Below are positions 29,214 to 39,608 of a stretch of 64,000 bases of DNA, piece by piece (position 1 is the first letter of the stretch; the number at the start of each line of letters is the position of its first letter). The position numbers were made by a program, and so were the translations under genes. The notes under the pieces are model-generated. The model was not told the DNA's origin. It worked only from the letters and a program-made list of their open reading frames with translations, and ran no database searches. This DNA is from Nitrosopumilus sp. (GTDB lineage Archaea > Thermoproteota > Nitrososphaeria > Nitrososphaerales > Nitrosopumilaceae). Location of the stretch: the NCBI GenBank assembly GCA_965223425.1, contig OZ245003.1:1152001-1216000 (forward strand). Reading direction: 5' to 3'.

Positions 29214-29260
29214 GGTTCTGGGAGATTTTGGTGATCAGATCACTCAAATTTACCAGAACC
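29214..29260. mobile_element. 47-bp minimal MITE (two 23-bp arms separated by 1 nt)
   Basis: GGTTCTGG-N9-GTGATC A GATCAC-N9-CCAGAACC; a second copy lies at 57336-57382. Confidence 0.65.
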
Positions 29261-29683
29261 GTGTTTGCATCCCTGATAGAGAAGATCAAAAAGACAGGCA
29301 TTGCATTTTCTGGCAGCGTCAACGCAGACAAGGGATATGACTCTGATGAGAATTTCAGGCTTGTCTTTGATGCCGGCATGACTCCAAACATAAAGCAGGG
29401 AAACAACGCCATAAGCAGCTCAAAGCCATTTCGTAAAAGGGCGGCAGGAATGTTTGGTGCAGGTGTCTACAAAAAACGCGGCATGATAGAGGGGATATTT
29501 GGAACCGAAGAGATAGAGGGTCACCGGTTGCTGTGCAGGTTCAGAAAAAAGTCCACAAGAAGGCGGTTTGGACTGTGCAAGGCGACATGATGGAACCTTG
29601 AGGTGTTAAACCGTCTAGAGTGTGCAGCAAGGCAGAATGTTGTGGTGGTGGCAGCAGCTTGATGTGAATTTGGCGGCAACCCC
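29261..29683 (+). pseudogene. 3' remnant of an IS5-family transposase with right TIR
   Basis: ADKGYDS and YKKRGMIEGIFG motifs. End GAATTTGGCGGCAACCCC; a similar end lies at 60088-60105. Confidence 0.75.
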
Positions 29684-29870
29684 TACAGATCATCAAAATG
29701 CACCAGATCGGATTTGAACTAATGAGATTTTGTGATCTTAAAGTCCCAAAAAAATGGTTTCTCTATAAATTCTCTCTACCACTTTAGGCATAGATACACC
29801 TAAGAAAATTGATCTTTTTGTCAGGGCCTAAAATAGAACTATTTTATAGTCACTTACGTGAAAGTACGGT

Positions 29871-30014
29871 ATGGCTTTGAGAGAAATAGAACCACTAACA
29901 GAAGAAGATTTCACTGCATTGGCTGCTGATATTGATAAAGGTCAAACAGCAGAACAAGAGAAAGCAGTAACTAACGCCCTACATGCACAAGAAGTTCCAA
30001 CAGTAGAATTGTAA
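29871..30014 (+). CDS. 47-aa putative antitoxin (below the ORF-track cutoff)
   Basis: MALREIEPLTEEDFTALAADIDKGQTAEQEKAVTNALHAQEVPTVEL, acidic, ends 1 nt before the GNAT start, TATA-like TTTATA upstream. Confidence 0.6.
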   Translation: MALREIEPLTEEDFTALAADIDKGQTAEQEKAVTNALHAQEVPTVEL

Positions 30015-30015
30015 A

Positions 30016-30525
30016 TTGGACGTCGATTTTTCACTAGTAAGTAAACATCTCATTACCAACCTTACTCCTGTTGATACGTTTTCTTGTGTTGAGTCAGAAA
30101 TGGAACACTACATCAAACATGAAGCTTTGAATGATCAAAACAATATGCTTGGTAAAACAATGTGTTGGGTTTTAGACAAGAAGATTCTCTTGGGATTTAT
30201 TTCTCTTGCAACATATTCTATAGACAAAAAAGAAATGCCAGAGGATGGTCAGAGACCATATCGATATCAAACAATTCCTTCATTACTTATTGGACAATTT
30301 GCAGCTCACAAAGACTATTCCCACAACGGTTTAGGGGAAATGATGTTGAACTATGCTATCAAAACAGCTTATAATACTAGTATGGATGTGGGTTGTAGAT
30401 TAATTGCGTTACAGCCCCTAAATGAAAGAGCACAAAAATGGTATGAGGATAACACTGCTTTCAAACCTTTGACTAGAAAGTCTGGCAAAAAATCAATTTT
30501 ACATTTTAATTTGTTAAAAAAATAA
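30016..30525 (+). CDS. GNAT acetyltransferase, AtaT/TacT toxin-like
   Basis: FSC...MEHYIK..A, IPSLLIGQFAAHKDYSHNGLGEMML and GCRLI...A.KWY motifs. Confidence 0.8.
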   Translation: MDVDFSLVSKHLITNLTPVDTFSCVESEMEHYIKHEALNDQNNMLGKTMCWVLDKKILLGFISLATYSIDKKEMPEDGQRPYRYQTIPSLLIGQFAAHKDYSHNGLGEMMLNYAIKTAYNTSMDVGCRLIALQPLNERAQKWYEDNTAFKPLTRKSGKKSILHFNLLKK

Positions 30526-31191
30526 TTAATTCAAGGTTAATTCTTAACAAAATTATTTTTCATATGTAGTCAATATGCGCTAAACATATTTTGGTGTGCA
30601 AACCTGTCTGCATCCATTTTCATCCCCAAAATAATGGCTGAATTCATATGGATTTGAATCAAAAAGGAGTGTCATTTTGTAGATGAGGCCCAAAAACTAA
30701 CAGTCCCTGTGATTCTGTGACGGAGTAATTTTGAAGTACCTACTTTGAAGAGTATCAAACTAAAACAACAATTCCCTTTGAAGGACTAAATTTAATTTCG
30801 AATTTAACAATCTAAGTTGACTTGGATGATTTTTTACAAAACATTCTCATCTAGGTTCTGGTGATCCTTGACTGCTCAAAGTCTTTTGAATATGTCAATG
30901 GATTTCAGCGAAGAAATAGGCTAATGATTGTTTGGTAATGGCTGATCTAACTGAGGAATGTTCTCTTGTCCCAAACTCTACTGATGAACGCAGAGACGAG
31001 TCAGCATCTGAAGATACTAAACGCATTACTGAAATAACATCTGCTGCGATTACCAAATTAAAGAACAATCTGCAAACTGCTGTATGGTGTCAAATTTCCT
31101 TGCCGGACGTAATTTTTAAAAGACCAATTAACCAGACTGTTCTTTTGCATTTTTGCTCAATCTATAAATAGAATTCATATATGAAAAACTT

Positions 31192-31338
31192 GTGCCAGTT
31201 GATCCAGTTTGTGGAATTGAACTTGATGAGGACATAGCGCTACTCCATGAACATGATGGTAAAAAATTCTATTTTTGCTGCAATGGATGCAGGAGAATCT
31301 TCGTCAAAAAACCTCGTAAATATAAAAACAATGTTTAG
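31192..31338 (+). CDS. YHS/TRASH metal-binding small protein
   Basis: Hand translation MPVDPVCGIELD...HDGKKFYFCCNGCRRIFVKKPRKY. Confidence 0.85.
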   Translation: MPVDPVCGIELDEDIALLHEHDGKKFYFCCNGCRRIFVKKPRKYKNNV

Positions 31339-32285
31339 ATTGGAAAAGCCCCGCACATTCTACAAAATTTTGAATTTTTAACTTCGTGTTTGCAATAAGG
31401 GCAAGCATTTTCTGGGTTTTTATCTATGGGAGATCCAAATAACTCTCTAAAGATTTCATAGTAATGCATTGATTCCCTGCTCCTAATTACAACTCCGTCA
31501 TTTTTTTCAGTAGTGAGTTTTTTTTCAACATATTTTTCTTCCTCTATTAATGAATTGAACAAATTTGTTAGTCCCACGGTTCCTGCGCCTTCCTGCATCG
31601 GTGATTTTTCCCTCCACGCAATTTTTTGTGGAATGCATTTTTCAAACGTTTTCCGTAAAATCCATTTGCCGTGTCTTTTGCCACCTTCGTCTCGTACTTT
31701 TAGATCCACCGGAATTTCTTTGGCCAACTCTACTACTGCTTTGTTTAGAAAGGGCGATTCGACGTTTATCCCTAGCGCCTTTCCTATTTCCTGTGTGGGA
31801 AAGTGCATAACTGAGCAAATTCGTTTTATTTCTTCTTCTAGCTCTTTTTCTGGTTTGTTTGTTAGAAAATTATATCCTGCAAATATCTCATCTGCTCCAT
31901 CCCCCGTGATAATTGCTCTTTCATTATTTTCTTTTGCCCATTTTATTGCCAAATACATTACTACGTTGTTACGAATTTCAATATCGTTGAAATTTTTTAA
32001 AATCTTGATGGTACCTTCAATTGCTTCTAGAATTGTTGCAGTTTTAACATTATAAATTGATAATGGCAATTGCAATTCCTTTGAAATCATTTGGCAGTAT
32101 GTCAGATCTGTTGAAACAAAATCTTCTGCAATTATTGCAATGGTTTTTGGTTTTTTTTGTCTTAGGAAATATGCTATGATGGAACTGTCTAATCCTCCTG
32201 ATAACGAAATCAAATTTGATTTGCATGAATTACAAGATTCTTCCAATGTTTTGTAAATCTTCTTGGAAATTTCATCCAACACCAA
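31335..32285 (-). CDS. Asparagine synthase C-terminal-domain protein
   Basis: SLSGGLDSS, TGDGADEIFAGY and GKWILRK motifs, C-terminal zinc ribbon, no glutaminase domain. Confidence 0.88.
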   Translation of the reverse strand: MVLDEISKKIYKTLEESCNSCKSNLISLSGGLDSSIIAYFLRQKKPKTIAIIAEDFVSTDLTYCQMISKELQLPLSIYNVKTATILEAIEGTIKILKNFNDIEIRNNVVMYLAIKWAKENNERAIITGDGADEIFAGYNFLTNKPEKELEEEIKRICSVMHFPTQEIGKALGINVESPFLNKAVVELAKEIPVDLKVRDEGGKRHGKWILRKTFEKCIPQKIAWREKSPMQEGAGTVGLTNLFNSLIEEEKYVEKKLTTEKNDGVVIRSRESMHYYEIFRELFGSPIDKNPENACPYCKHEVKNSKFCRMCGAFPI

Positions 32286-32386
32286 ACGTACAATTTTGAA
32301 ATTAAAATAGCTATGCCTAATGATTTCGTGCCGAGCAATTCGTTGCTTTATTGCAAACTTTAAATTCTTTATAGAATCCTTGAGAA

Positions 32387-32806
32387 TTGATGTTACTTCC
32401 CGCTGAAATTGAATCTAAAACCCTAATCCCTGCATTGCGGGCGATTCTTGCTAAGAAACTAGCCGAAGATCACAATATTAGGGAAGATGAGATCTCAAAA
32501 ATGCTTGGCGTTACTCAAGCAGCAGTTAGCAATTACATTCGTGGCACAAGAGGTGATCCATCCTTGATTGCAAAACTTTTGGCAGAAAAACAGGTTGCGA
32601 CTATGATTTATGAATTAAGTGATAATCTTTCTTCAGACATGGCCTACACTCCATCTAGCCTTTCAAAATTCATCGGTCTTTGTAACTATATTAAATCGAG
32701 TCTGCTAATATGTGAAATTCATCACAATTTGGAGTCAAACATTGACGAACAGGTGTGCAAGGAATGTGAAAACATGCTTCTTAAAGGCCCTGGAAGCGTC
32801 TACTAA
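32387..32806 (+). CDS. HTH transcriptional regulator (ThiR N-terminal-like)
   Basis: LIPALRAILAK, LGVTQAAVSNY..GTRG and ICEIHH motifs. Confidence 0.85.
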   Translation: MMLLPAEIESKTLIPALRAILAKKLAEDHNIREDEISKMLGVTQAAVSNYIRGTRGDPSLIAKLLAEKQVATMIYELSDNLSSDMAYTPSSLSKFIGLCNYIKSSLLICEIHHNLESNIDEQVCKECENMLLKGPGSVY

Positions 32807-33117
32807 TTTTTATTTAAGACAAGTTCGATAGTTGATGTCATTCTACCAATACCTGCAGCTTCTACTGTGTCTAAGGTGATTTTTTGAACACTGGAATTTC
32901 CCTTTAACATTTTTTCTGTAATTATGTTTGCAACTGCTACTGCATTTGGAATTGAATTTCCTCTTGCTCTGAGAATGACGTTGTTCTTGTCTCCCAATAT
33001 GGATAAAACGTCAACAGCTGATTGCATTACTGGGTCGTTTCCAATGTTTATGATGGTCTCCTCAGACATGCTGGTCTGCTCATGACCATACTGTTCACTT
33101 GTCTCCTCCATGAGCAT
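32803..33117 (-). CDS. albA: Alba DNA/RNA-binding protein
   Basis: INIGNDPVM, VILRARGNSIPNAVAVA and STIELVL motifs. Confidence 0.85.
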   Translation of the reverse strand: MLMEETSEQYGHEQTSMSEETIINIGNDPVMQSAVDVLSILGDKNNVILRARGNSIPNAVAVANIITEKMLKGNSSVQKITLDTVEAAGIGRMTSTIELVLNKN

Positions 33118-33168
33118 TATTCAACAATCAGCAATTTTTTCTTCTTTTAAGTTTTATCGACCAATGAT

Positions 33169-33651
33169 TCATTTTTCAGAGTATTCAATTGGAATATTCT
33201 GATAATCCCCGTTTGGAAGTACTCTTCTAATGGTAATTGGGATCACCCTCTGTTCAAGTTCTTCCATCGAAATGTCCAATGAAATTCTTGCAGTTTTTGG
33301 AATTGGGATAAATGGCGGTGCCCCTTGAGATAATTGTAATGCTCTGGCGCCCATAATTCTTGCTTTCTCAAATCTTGTTAAAGTTGGTGGGCCTATTGTT
33401 ATCTTTTCTTTTTCACATGGAATTTCTGTTGGCTCGTGCTCCTCTACCTTTTCAACAACCTCCCTGTTTTCAATTTCCTTGATTCTCTTTTCAAGATCTT
33501 CTTGCTCTTTCTCTGTTAATGCCTCTATCCCGTCTTTTTTCTCAATTAATTTCCGATACGTGTCGAGTGCTTTGTTTAATCCGACATTTTCTTCTACTAT
33601 AATTTCTTCAGGGTCTTCTATTACTAATTCAGTTTTCTCAGCATCAGGCAA
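33169..33651 (-). CDS. rpoK: RNA polymerase subunit K (Rpo6)
   Basis: LTRFEKARIMGARALQLSQGAP...IPITIRRVLP motif. Confidence 0.95.
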   Translation of the reverse strand: MPDAEKTELVIEDPEEIIVEENVGLNKALDTYRKLIEKKDGIEALTEKEQEDLEKRIKEIENREVVEKVEEHEPTEIPCEKEKITIGPPTLTRFEKARIMGARALQLSQGAPPFIPIPKTARISLDISMEELEQRVIPITIRRVLPNGDYQNIPIEYSEK

Positions 33652-33800
33652 GTACCAAAATTTTCTTAAAACGTTATTTAATTGCTACTTTTCCCGATTT
33701 TCATTTATTCAAACCATGTAATTTGTGCCTATTTTTTTCATCGTATTTTCAAATAATCTGATAGTATCTTGTCTGTCTTTTTTGTAATCTCGATCTTTTT

Positions 33801-34064
33801 TCATCGATAATCTTCTAGATTCTTATCTGATTCTTCAAGTAATTCATCACCCAATACTTTACCATCATCATCATCATCATCATCATCAAGTTTCTCATCT
33901 GTCTTGCTACGTCTAAGTCTGGATCTATCTGTATTATCTTCTATGACTTGTATTTTCTTCAAATCTTTTCCTCCGTATCTGCAATACTCTCCACCACCAT
34001 CTGGAAATGTCCTATTCTCACATGAACATCTAATCAAATTATGCACTGACTTGCTTTCTAGCAT
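33801..34064 (-). pseudogene. 5'-damaged small Cys-containing protein with acidic poly-Asp tail
   Basis: ESKSVHNLIRCSC...DGGGEY pattern and a (CAT)n microsatellite; abuts an IS5 end. Confidence 0.5.
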
Positions 34065-34167
34065 TTCTCCGAATAGTGAGTATTTTTCGGCTACCTAGAA
34101 ATCATCACTAAAACAATACAAAAAATAATACACATTCTGTGACAATTGTAAGCCAGTACACGATACG

Positions 34168-35690
34168 AGACTTTATGCATAATTGAATCATAAAAATTTT
34201 TCCGAAAGATTTAGATCCATTTTGATCGCCGCAACAGGTAATGGAATCTTCAGAACAGACTATACGCAGGCTGCAAAGGGAGCTCAAGCAAAAGGACACA
34301 GCAATCAGGCAAAAGGACACAGCAATCAGGCAAAAGGACACAGCAATCAGGCAAAAGGACACAGCAATCAAGCAGAACAACAGAGCAATCAAGCAGAACA
34401 ACAGAGCAATCAAGCAAAAGGACGCAGCAATCAGCAGGCGCGAGAAGACGATTGGCCTGCTGCGCGAGCAGCTGCTGCGCGAGGACAGCCTGTGGGCCGT
34501 TACAGATGCAGGCCGCTCTGATACGGACACGTCGCTGCTGCACATCAGGGAGGTGATCCACGGCATACTGCACAACAGCGCAAAGCTTGCGGGAATTACC
34601 TCGTATGACCTTGACCAGTTTGACTACATCTGCAATGACTTTGTGGCAGAGTCAAAGAGGCACAACAAAGACGCGCCGCTCTTTTCAGAGGACGGGACAC
34701 CGGATCCCGGAAACCGCTGCCTGCTTGACCGCAGGTCCGTCCTGCTGCTTGCGCTGTTCCGCAAGCGCTCAAACGTGACGCAGGATGCCCTGGGTGTGCT
34801 GTTTGATGTTGACCAGTCCACCGTGTGCAGGTACCTCCGGTTCGCAGATTCCGTGCTGGCAGGGATCCTGCCTACTGCAGACAGGATGACCCGTCTGGTA
34901 AAAAAGGCCGAGACATCAGAGCAGCTAGAGCAGCTAATGCCGGACAGAACCATCATAATTGACGGCACCGAGGTGGTGCCAAGGCAGCGTCCGCAGGACA
35001 AGGATAAAAGAAAAAACACGTACTCTGGCAAAAAGAAGCGCTTTACGATTAACACCACCATAACAACAAACAAGGCAGGCCTGATACTTGCAGCAGGCAG
35101 GTCCTTTGAGGGCGGGACGCACGACCTTACCATGATAAGAGAGGATCCGATAGACTTTGGCAGGTGGTCTGAATCCATGTACAAAAAGGACACTCCGGAA
35201 AAGGACAGGATACGGTGCTTGCAGACAAGGGGTACCAGGGATGCCAATCACTACACGGGAATAGCACTTGAGATGCCGGAAAAAAAGAGGCCACGAGCGG
35301 AGCTGACGCAGCAACAAAAGGACTCGAACAAAAGGATCAGCGCCAAGAGGGTAAAGGTGGAGCACGCCATCGGAAGAATAAAGCAGTGGGCGAGGATGAC
35401 AGACCCGTATGACGGCACGGTAGAGGAGTTTCACGAGGAGCTGGTTGTGTGTACCGGCCTTGCGAACTTTCAACTGCTGTGGGATGCAAAGAAAAAGCGG
35501 CCGTCACTTGGTTATTGACGGCACAGCACAGGGTGCATGAGGCACTGCAAGAGTGCGCACGGATTTCTAATTTCTGCGAATTTACAATGATCTTTTGCAT
35601 CAAAATTAAATAATTTCCTGGACTGGCTTTGTGTGTCTTGGTAGTGTGTGCTGCAGAAAAAATTTGACGGGTCAATTATGCATAAAGTCT
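34168..35690 (+). mobile_element. IS5-family (ISL2/DDE_Tnp_4-type) element with 3-bp TSD
   Basis: 19-bp TIR AGACTTTATGCATAATTGA and ACG duplicated. Transposase ORF 34241-35518 has IIDGTE, YSGKKK, HDL and RVKVEHAIGRIK motifs. Confidence 0.9.
34285..34440 (+). repeat. 21-bp coding tandem repeats (KDTAIRQ / NNRAIKQ heptads, about 7 units)
   Basis: GCAAAAGGACACAGCAATCAG and variants are repeated in the transposase N-terminus. Confidence 0.85.
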
Positions 35691-36125
35691 ACGGTAACTC
35701 CTGTGTCTTCATGACATTATCACGTGAATCAAGTTCTGATCCAAATCTCCTCTTCACTACAGAAAGTATTGTTTCAGTCTTGTTTCTCTGAGAGTAAATG
35801 ATTACATCAAATTCCCCTCTCATCTGTTTTCTGTACTTTCCTTTGGTTGAACCGACTGTATTTTCTCCTCTTACTGGAATAATCATTGAGAGAATATTCT
35901 TGTCTCTGATTCTCTTGTGAACTGATTCTGCATCATACCCTCTGTCTAACACTGTACTCATTGAAGTCACATCAAGCATTTGTGAGAATAATTTTGGAAA
36001 ATGTTTGATGTCGTGGGATGTGGGATGATGCTGTATTACAACTGCACAGATCAGCTGCGATTCCATGTCAGAACCTGCTGACGTTTTTGTAAATGCATGC
36101 CTGAGACTGCATCTGTAAGAATAGT

Positions 36126-36224
36126 AGACCTTATGCGTAATCGACTAAAAATTCAAAATCAAATTGGTTTACTAAGGCAAAAATCATCTCGCAATATTAG
36201 TTTGATCGATTATGCATAAGGTCT
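36126..36224. mobile_element. 99-bp MITE related to the 34168 element
   Basis: TIR AGACCTTATGCRTAATCGA at both ends; flanks are not duplicated. Confidence 0.75.
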
Positions 36225-36780
36225 ACCACAGAAAATAGATTAATAAAAATAGTAAGTGTTCGCATAGTTTCTCTTGTTTTTTTGCTGCAAGACCACTAGC
36301 TCAGAAATTAAAAATATATCCCTACCGTAGGCGTTGTCCAAATCTTAGTTTTTCAAGCCTGTTTGATATTACTTTATCTCACTTCATTACTTCTAATTTC
36401 CGGCATGCTGCAGAATTTTCCCGTAACAGGATCTGTGGTGTATCTTATATCAAAACGTGAGGGTTGTGCAGTTGACATAGCAATCATTGGTGTAGTGGAA
36501 CCTGAAAATGCCGCGCAATCGGACCGGAACTGGTACGATTTAAAAATATAGTTCAAACACTATGGATCTGAGTAACTGCCGGAAGGAAGATCATTCTCGG
36601 AACCATAATGACGTGCTTGCTTACGTGGGACATGCTGGGACTGAACTGGTTCAAAAAACAATCCAAAGTATTATGGGCTACCCAACCTTTAACCTCCAAA
36701 ACTGAAGCAAAGATTGATTTTGCTCTTCTGTTAATCATTTCTGAATAATATTTAATATACTACAAAGTATCATAATCTGT

Positions 36781-36969
36781 ATGGGCAAAAAGAATTCTGC
36801 AAAAAATAGTGAATATGACAAACTCCTAAACCAAGCCTTAAAAAATCCCGGAATCCGAGAAGTCTCAAAACTGTATGACAATTATCATGGAATTGCCAAA
36901 CAAATGAATTCCATAGAATCTGGCATGCATAAGGGATCAACTATAATAACGTCAAATTCTTCTGCGTAA
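36781..36969 (+). CDS. Small protein (62 aa) immediately upstream of the SDH protease
   Basis: ORF with upstream TATA-like TTTAATATA; its stop is 1 nt before the protease ATG; it ends STIITSNSSA. Confidence 0.7.
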   Translation: MGKKNSAKNSEYDKLLNQALKNPGIREVSKLYDNYHGIAKQMNSIESGMHKGSTIITSNSSA

Positions 36970-36970
36970 C

Positions 36971-37464
36971 ATGCCTACTTGGGGAGAATTATTAATTGAA
37001 TTAAACAAGGAGGTTGCTTCTGGAAATAAAATTCCTCATGATTTTCTTCGAAGAAAATATCTGACAAAGTTATATCAAAAAACAGGAAGAAATGTAATTC
37101 TGTATGCATCTGCATGGACTCAAACTGGGAAAAATATTGATCCTGGACTGTTAAGCATCACTGAAGAAGATTTACAGGGTTTGATGGAAGTGGTTCACGG
37201 ATTAAAAGGAGATAAACTTGATCTAATTATTCACAGCCCCGGCGGATCCCCGACTGCAACTGAAGCGCTAGTCACTTATCTTAGATCAAAATTTGAAGAT
37301 ATACGGGTAATTATTCCTCATGCCGCAATGTCAGCAGCTACCATGTTAGCTTGTTCAGCAAACAGTATTGTCATGGGAAAACATTCGTTTATCGGACCAA
37401 TCGATCCACAGATGATTCTGCAAACCAAATTAGGTGCGACATCTGTCCCTGCACAAGCTATTAT
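36971..37464 (+). pseudogene. SDH-family ClpP-fold serine protease, truncated by an ISH3 insertion
   Basis: DLIIHSPGG, AMSAATMLA and GPIDPQ motifs; IS end CAGTAG begins at 37465. Confidence 0.85.
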
Positions 37465-37978
37465 CAGTAGTTGGGATTGTACCGTTCCAAAACAGCCTGC
37501 CAGTCACCCAATAGGCGGCGGCCACCTGGCGTAGACAGATGTTACAAACACGCGGATTATCCTGTTTAAAATACCGGCAAGTGTCACATGATATCTTTGC
37601 TTGCCCACCATGCGACGCAGGCCTATCCAGATGTTGCTGAGCACCAGTGACAAGACAAACAAAAGCATCCGTACGGAGGGGTTCTTGCTGGAGGTGTGCG
37701 GGCGTATGCTCTTTGCAGACCTGTACCCCGTTTCAATTCCCCACCGTCTTTTGTACTGCTCTGGGACGTACTTGACAACATCCCTTTCATTCTCGCATGG
37801 CAGCGACGTTGCAAATGCGCGGTACCTGTCAAACATGTTGGTGCCGTCTTTTTTCTTGGCGTCATCCCTGATCAGAACCAGGTTGAACGTGAACTTCTCG
37901 GAGCCTGACTGTATGGTGTACTGTGAAACATCGCCGCGCTTTCCTTGGGCGTGCTGTACAATGGCGCGCTTGATGCCG
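37465..37978 (-). mobile_element. ISH3-family element, right-end fragment (type a)
   Basis: CAGTAGTT terminus; transposase C-terminus FATSL...YKRRWGIETGYR. Confidence 0.78.
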
Positions 37979-39123
37979 TAGTTAGCACATTAAATAATTG
38001 AACATTTTCACAGGCAGGATCTCCTTTCTGGCAAACAGCTTGCGTACTGACTGCTCCATCCCACCTGGCGTGCCAAACACCTTTGCAGACAGTACCCGTT
38101 TTATCACCCTCCACTGCATCTCAATGGGATTAAGCTCCGGCGTGTACGGCAGCAGGCATTCCAGAACTGTCTCGCCGTTGTATCTTTCCAGAAACTCCCT
38201 TGCCTTTTTGGATTTGTGATATGACGCATTGTCCACAGACAGCAGCAGCACCTTGCCGAATCTTTTGTGAACCCGTTCCAAAAAGCTGCAAAAGCTGTCG
38301 CTGTTTGACTTTTCATAAAACATAAAGTAAAACGCGCTTGCTGACAGGACTCCAAATGTATCTTCTCTTGCGTGACAAAACAGAGGGCGGGGATGTGGCG
38401 CGCTTGCCGCGCCTTCTCCATCCGTAGCCGGGCCTGTCTGGTGCCTTTTGAATCGAGGATGCATCGCCGGCCAGTACGGCGTATCCCTGCGCCGACTTTT
38501 CTGCAACGGGTTTTTTTGCCCGCTCCTGAAACTCTTTTTGCTTTCTTTTTGAGGCTGATTTTGGGTTTTTTGGACGCGCCCTGCTCCACGAAAAGCCCAT
38601 CTCCCTGATCAGCTGCAGCACGCCTGCCTTGCTGTACTGCACGCCGAACTTTCGCCTGATGTGCAGCCTTGCGAGGTTGGAATCCCACAGGCTGCTCTCA
38701 AAGCCGCATGACTCCGGGCCTGCATCCAGGTCTGCTGCAAGCTGTCTTGTCTGCGGTCCGTCTATCAAACGCTTTCGTCCCCTGCCGCTGCGCTCGAACC
38801 TTGCGCGCATTCCCTCTTCCTGTGCGCGGTTGAGCCATGCAGATATGGTGGATTTGGGCCTTCCCAGCATCCTTCCGATCCTGTCTAGCGGCACGCCGTC
38901 CTTGCGCTGCACGTACGCAAGCAGCCTGTCGCGCCTTCTGGGATCGGTCTCCTTTTTGTATGCCCTTTTGAGGTCTGCAACGCCGGTGTTTGGCAGAAAT
39001 TTTGCCCCCCTGCAGCCTGTCTCTTTTTTTGTTTGTACATGCAGTGTGTGCGATATGGCCGGTCTTGGATCTTTTGGCCAAAAATAATTGTCAAAATGGT
39101 TCAGGTTTTTTATGTACTTACTA
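37979..39123 (-). mobile_element. IS630-family element, copy 1 (frameshifted, hybrid flanks)
   Basis: TIRs TAGTTAGCACATTAAA / TAGTAAGTACATAAAA; DNASYH and LPYTPELNPIE motifs; flanks CG (left) and CA (right). Confidence 0.92.
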
Positions 39124-39603
39124 CAGAGGCAGGAAGGGGCGGGTGCCGCCATATCATGCCTGTCATCATGAACTCCAAGATCAGGAAGATAGCCAAGCTG
39201 TACGAGGATGGAAAGGCAAACCATGTGTCGCAGCAGTCAATGGCTAACAAAGACGGCCTAACTGTGACCTGCAACCTTGTAATTGTCAAAAGAGACAGGA
39301 AGAGGAGGAGAAGGAGGAAGAGCAATACATTGCATTTGCAACAAACATTCCCATCAGGAGTGCCAGGGCCATGACAGACATCATACCGGAGCAGTACCGC
39401 AAGAGATGGGGCATCGAGACGGGATTTCGCGTCATAAGGGAGCTGGAAAGAGGCATGGAAGAGTATCTTCTGCAGGAAAAAAACTTACCATGGTGCTGTT
39501 TATTGTGCATATTACAAGCAGAAACGAGCTGTTTGTCAATGATCGAGGCAAGTAGAACCGATGCTAGTTGTGGTAGCGGTAAACCTACATCTGGGAACTA
39601 CTG
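39124..39603 (+). mobile_element. ISH3-family element, right-end fragment (type b, internally deleted)
   Basis: Similar to the reverse complement of 57392-57993; ends CTACATCTGGGAACTACTG. Confidence 0.8.
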
Positions 39604-39608
39604 AAATG

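Larger units (their letters stand above)
34089..36125 (-). pseudogene. IS5-family transposase remnant interrupted by a nested IS and truncated by a MITE
   Basis: HDIKHF, LDRGYDAE and YSQRNKTETILSVVKRRFG motifs. Removing 34168-35690 plus one ACG restores KTQELP-YRVLAYNCHR. Confidence 0.8.

Noticed and set aside
36330-36345. IS903-like element starting GGCGTTGTCCAAAT
   Set aside because: A lone TIR-like sequence with no partner end or transposase identified.
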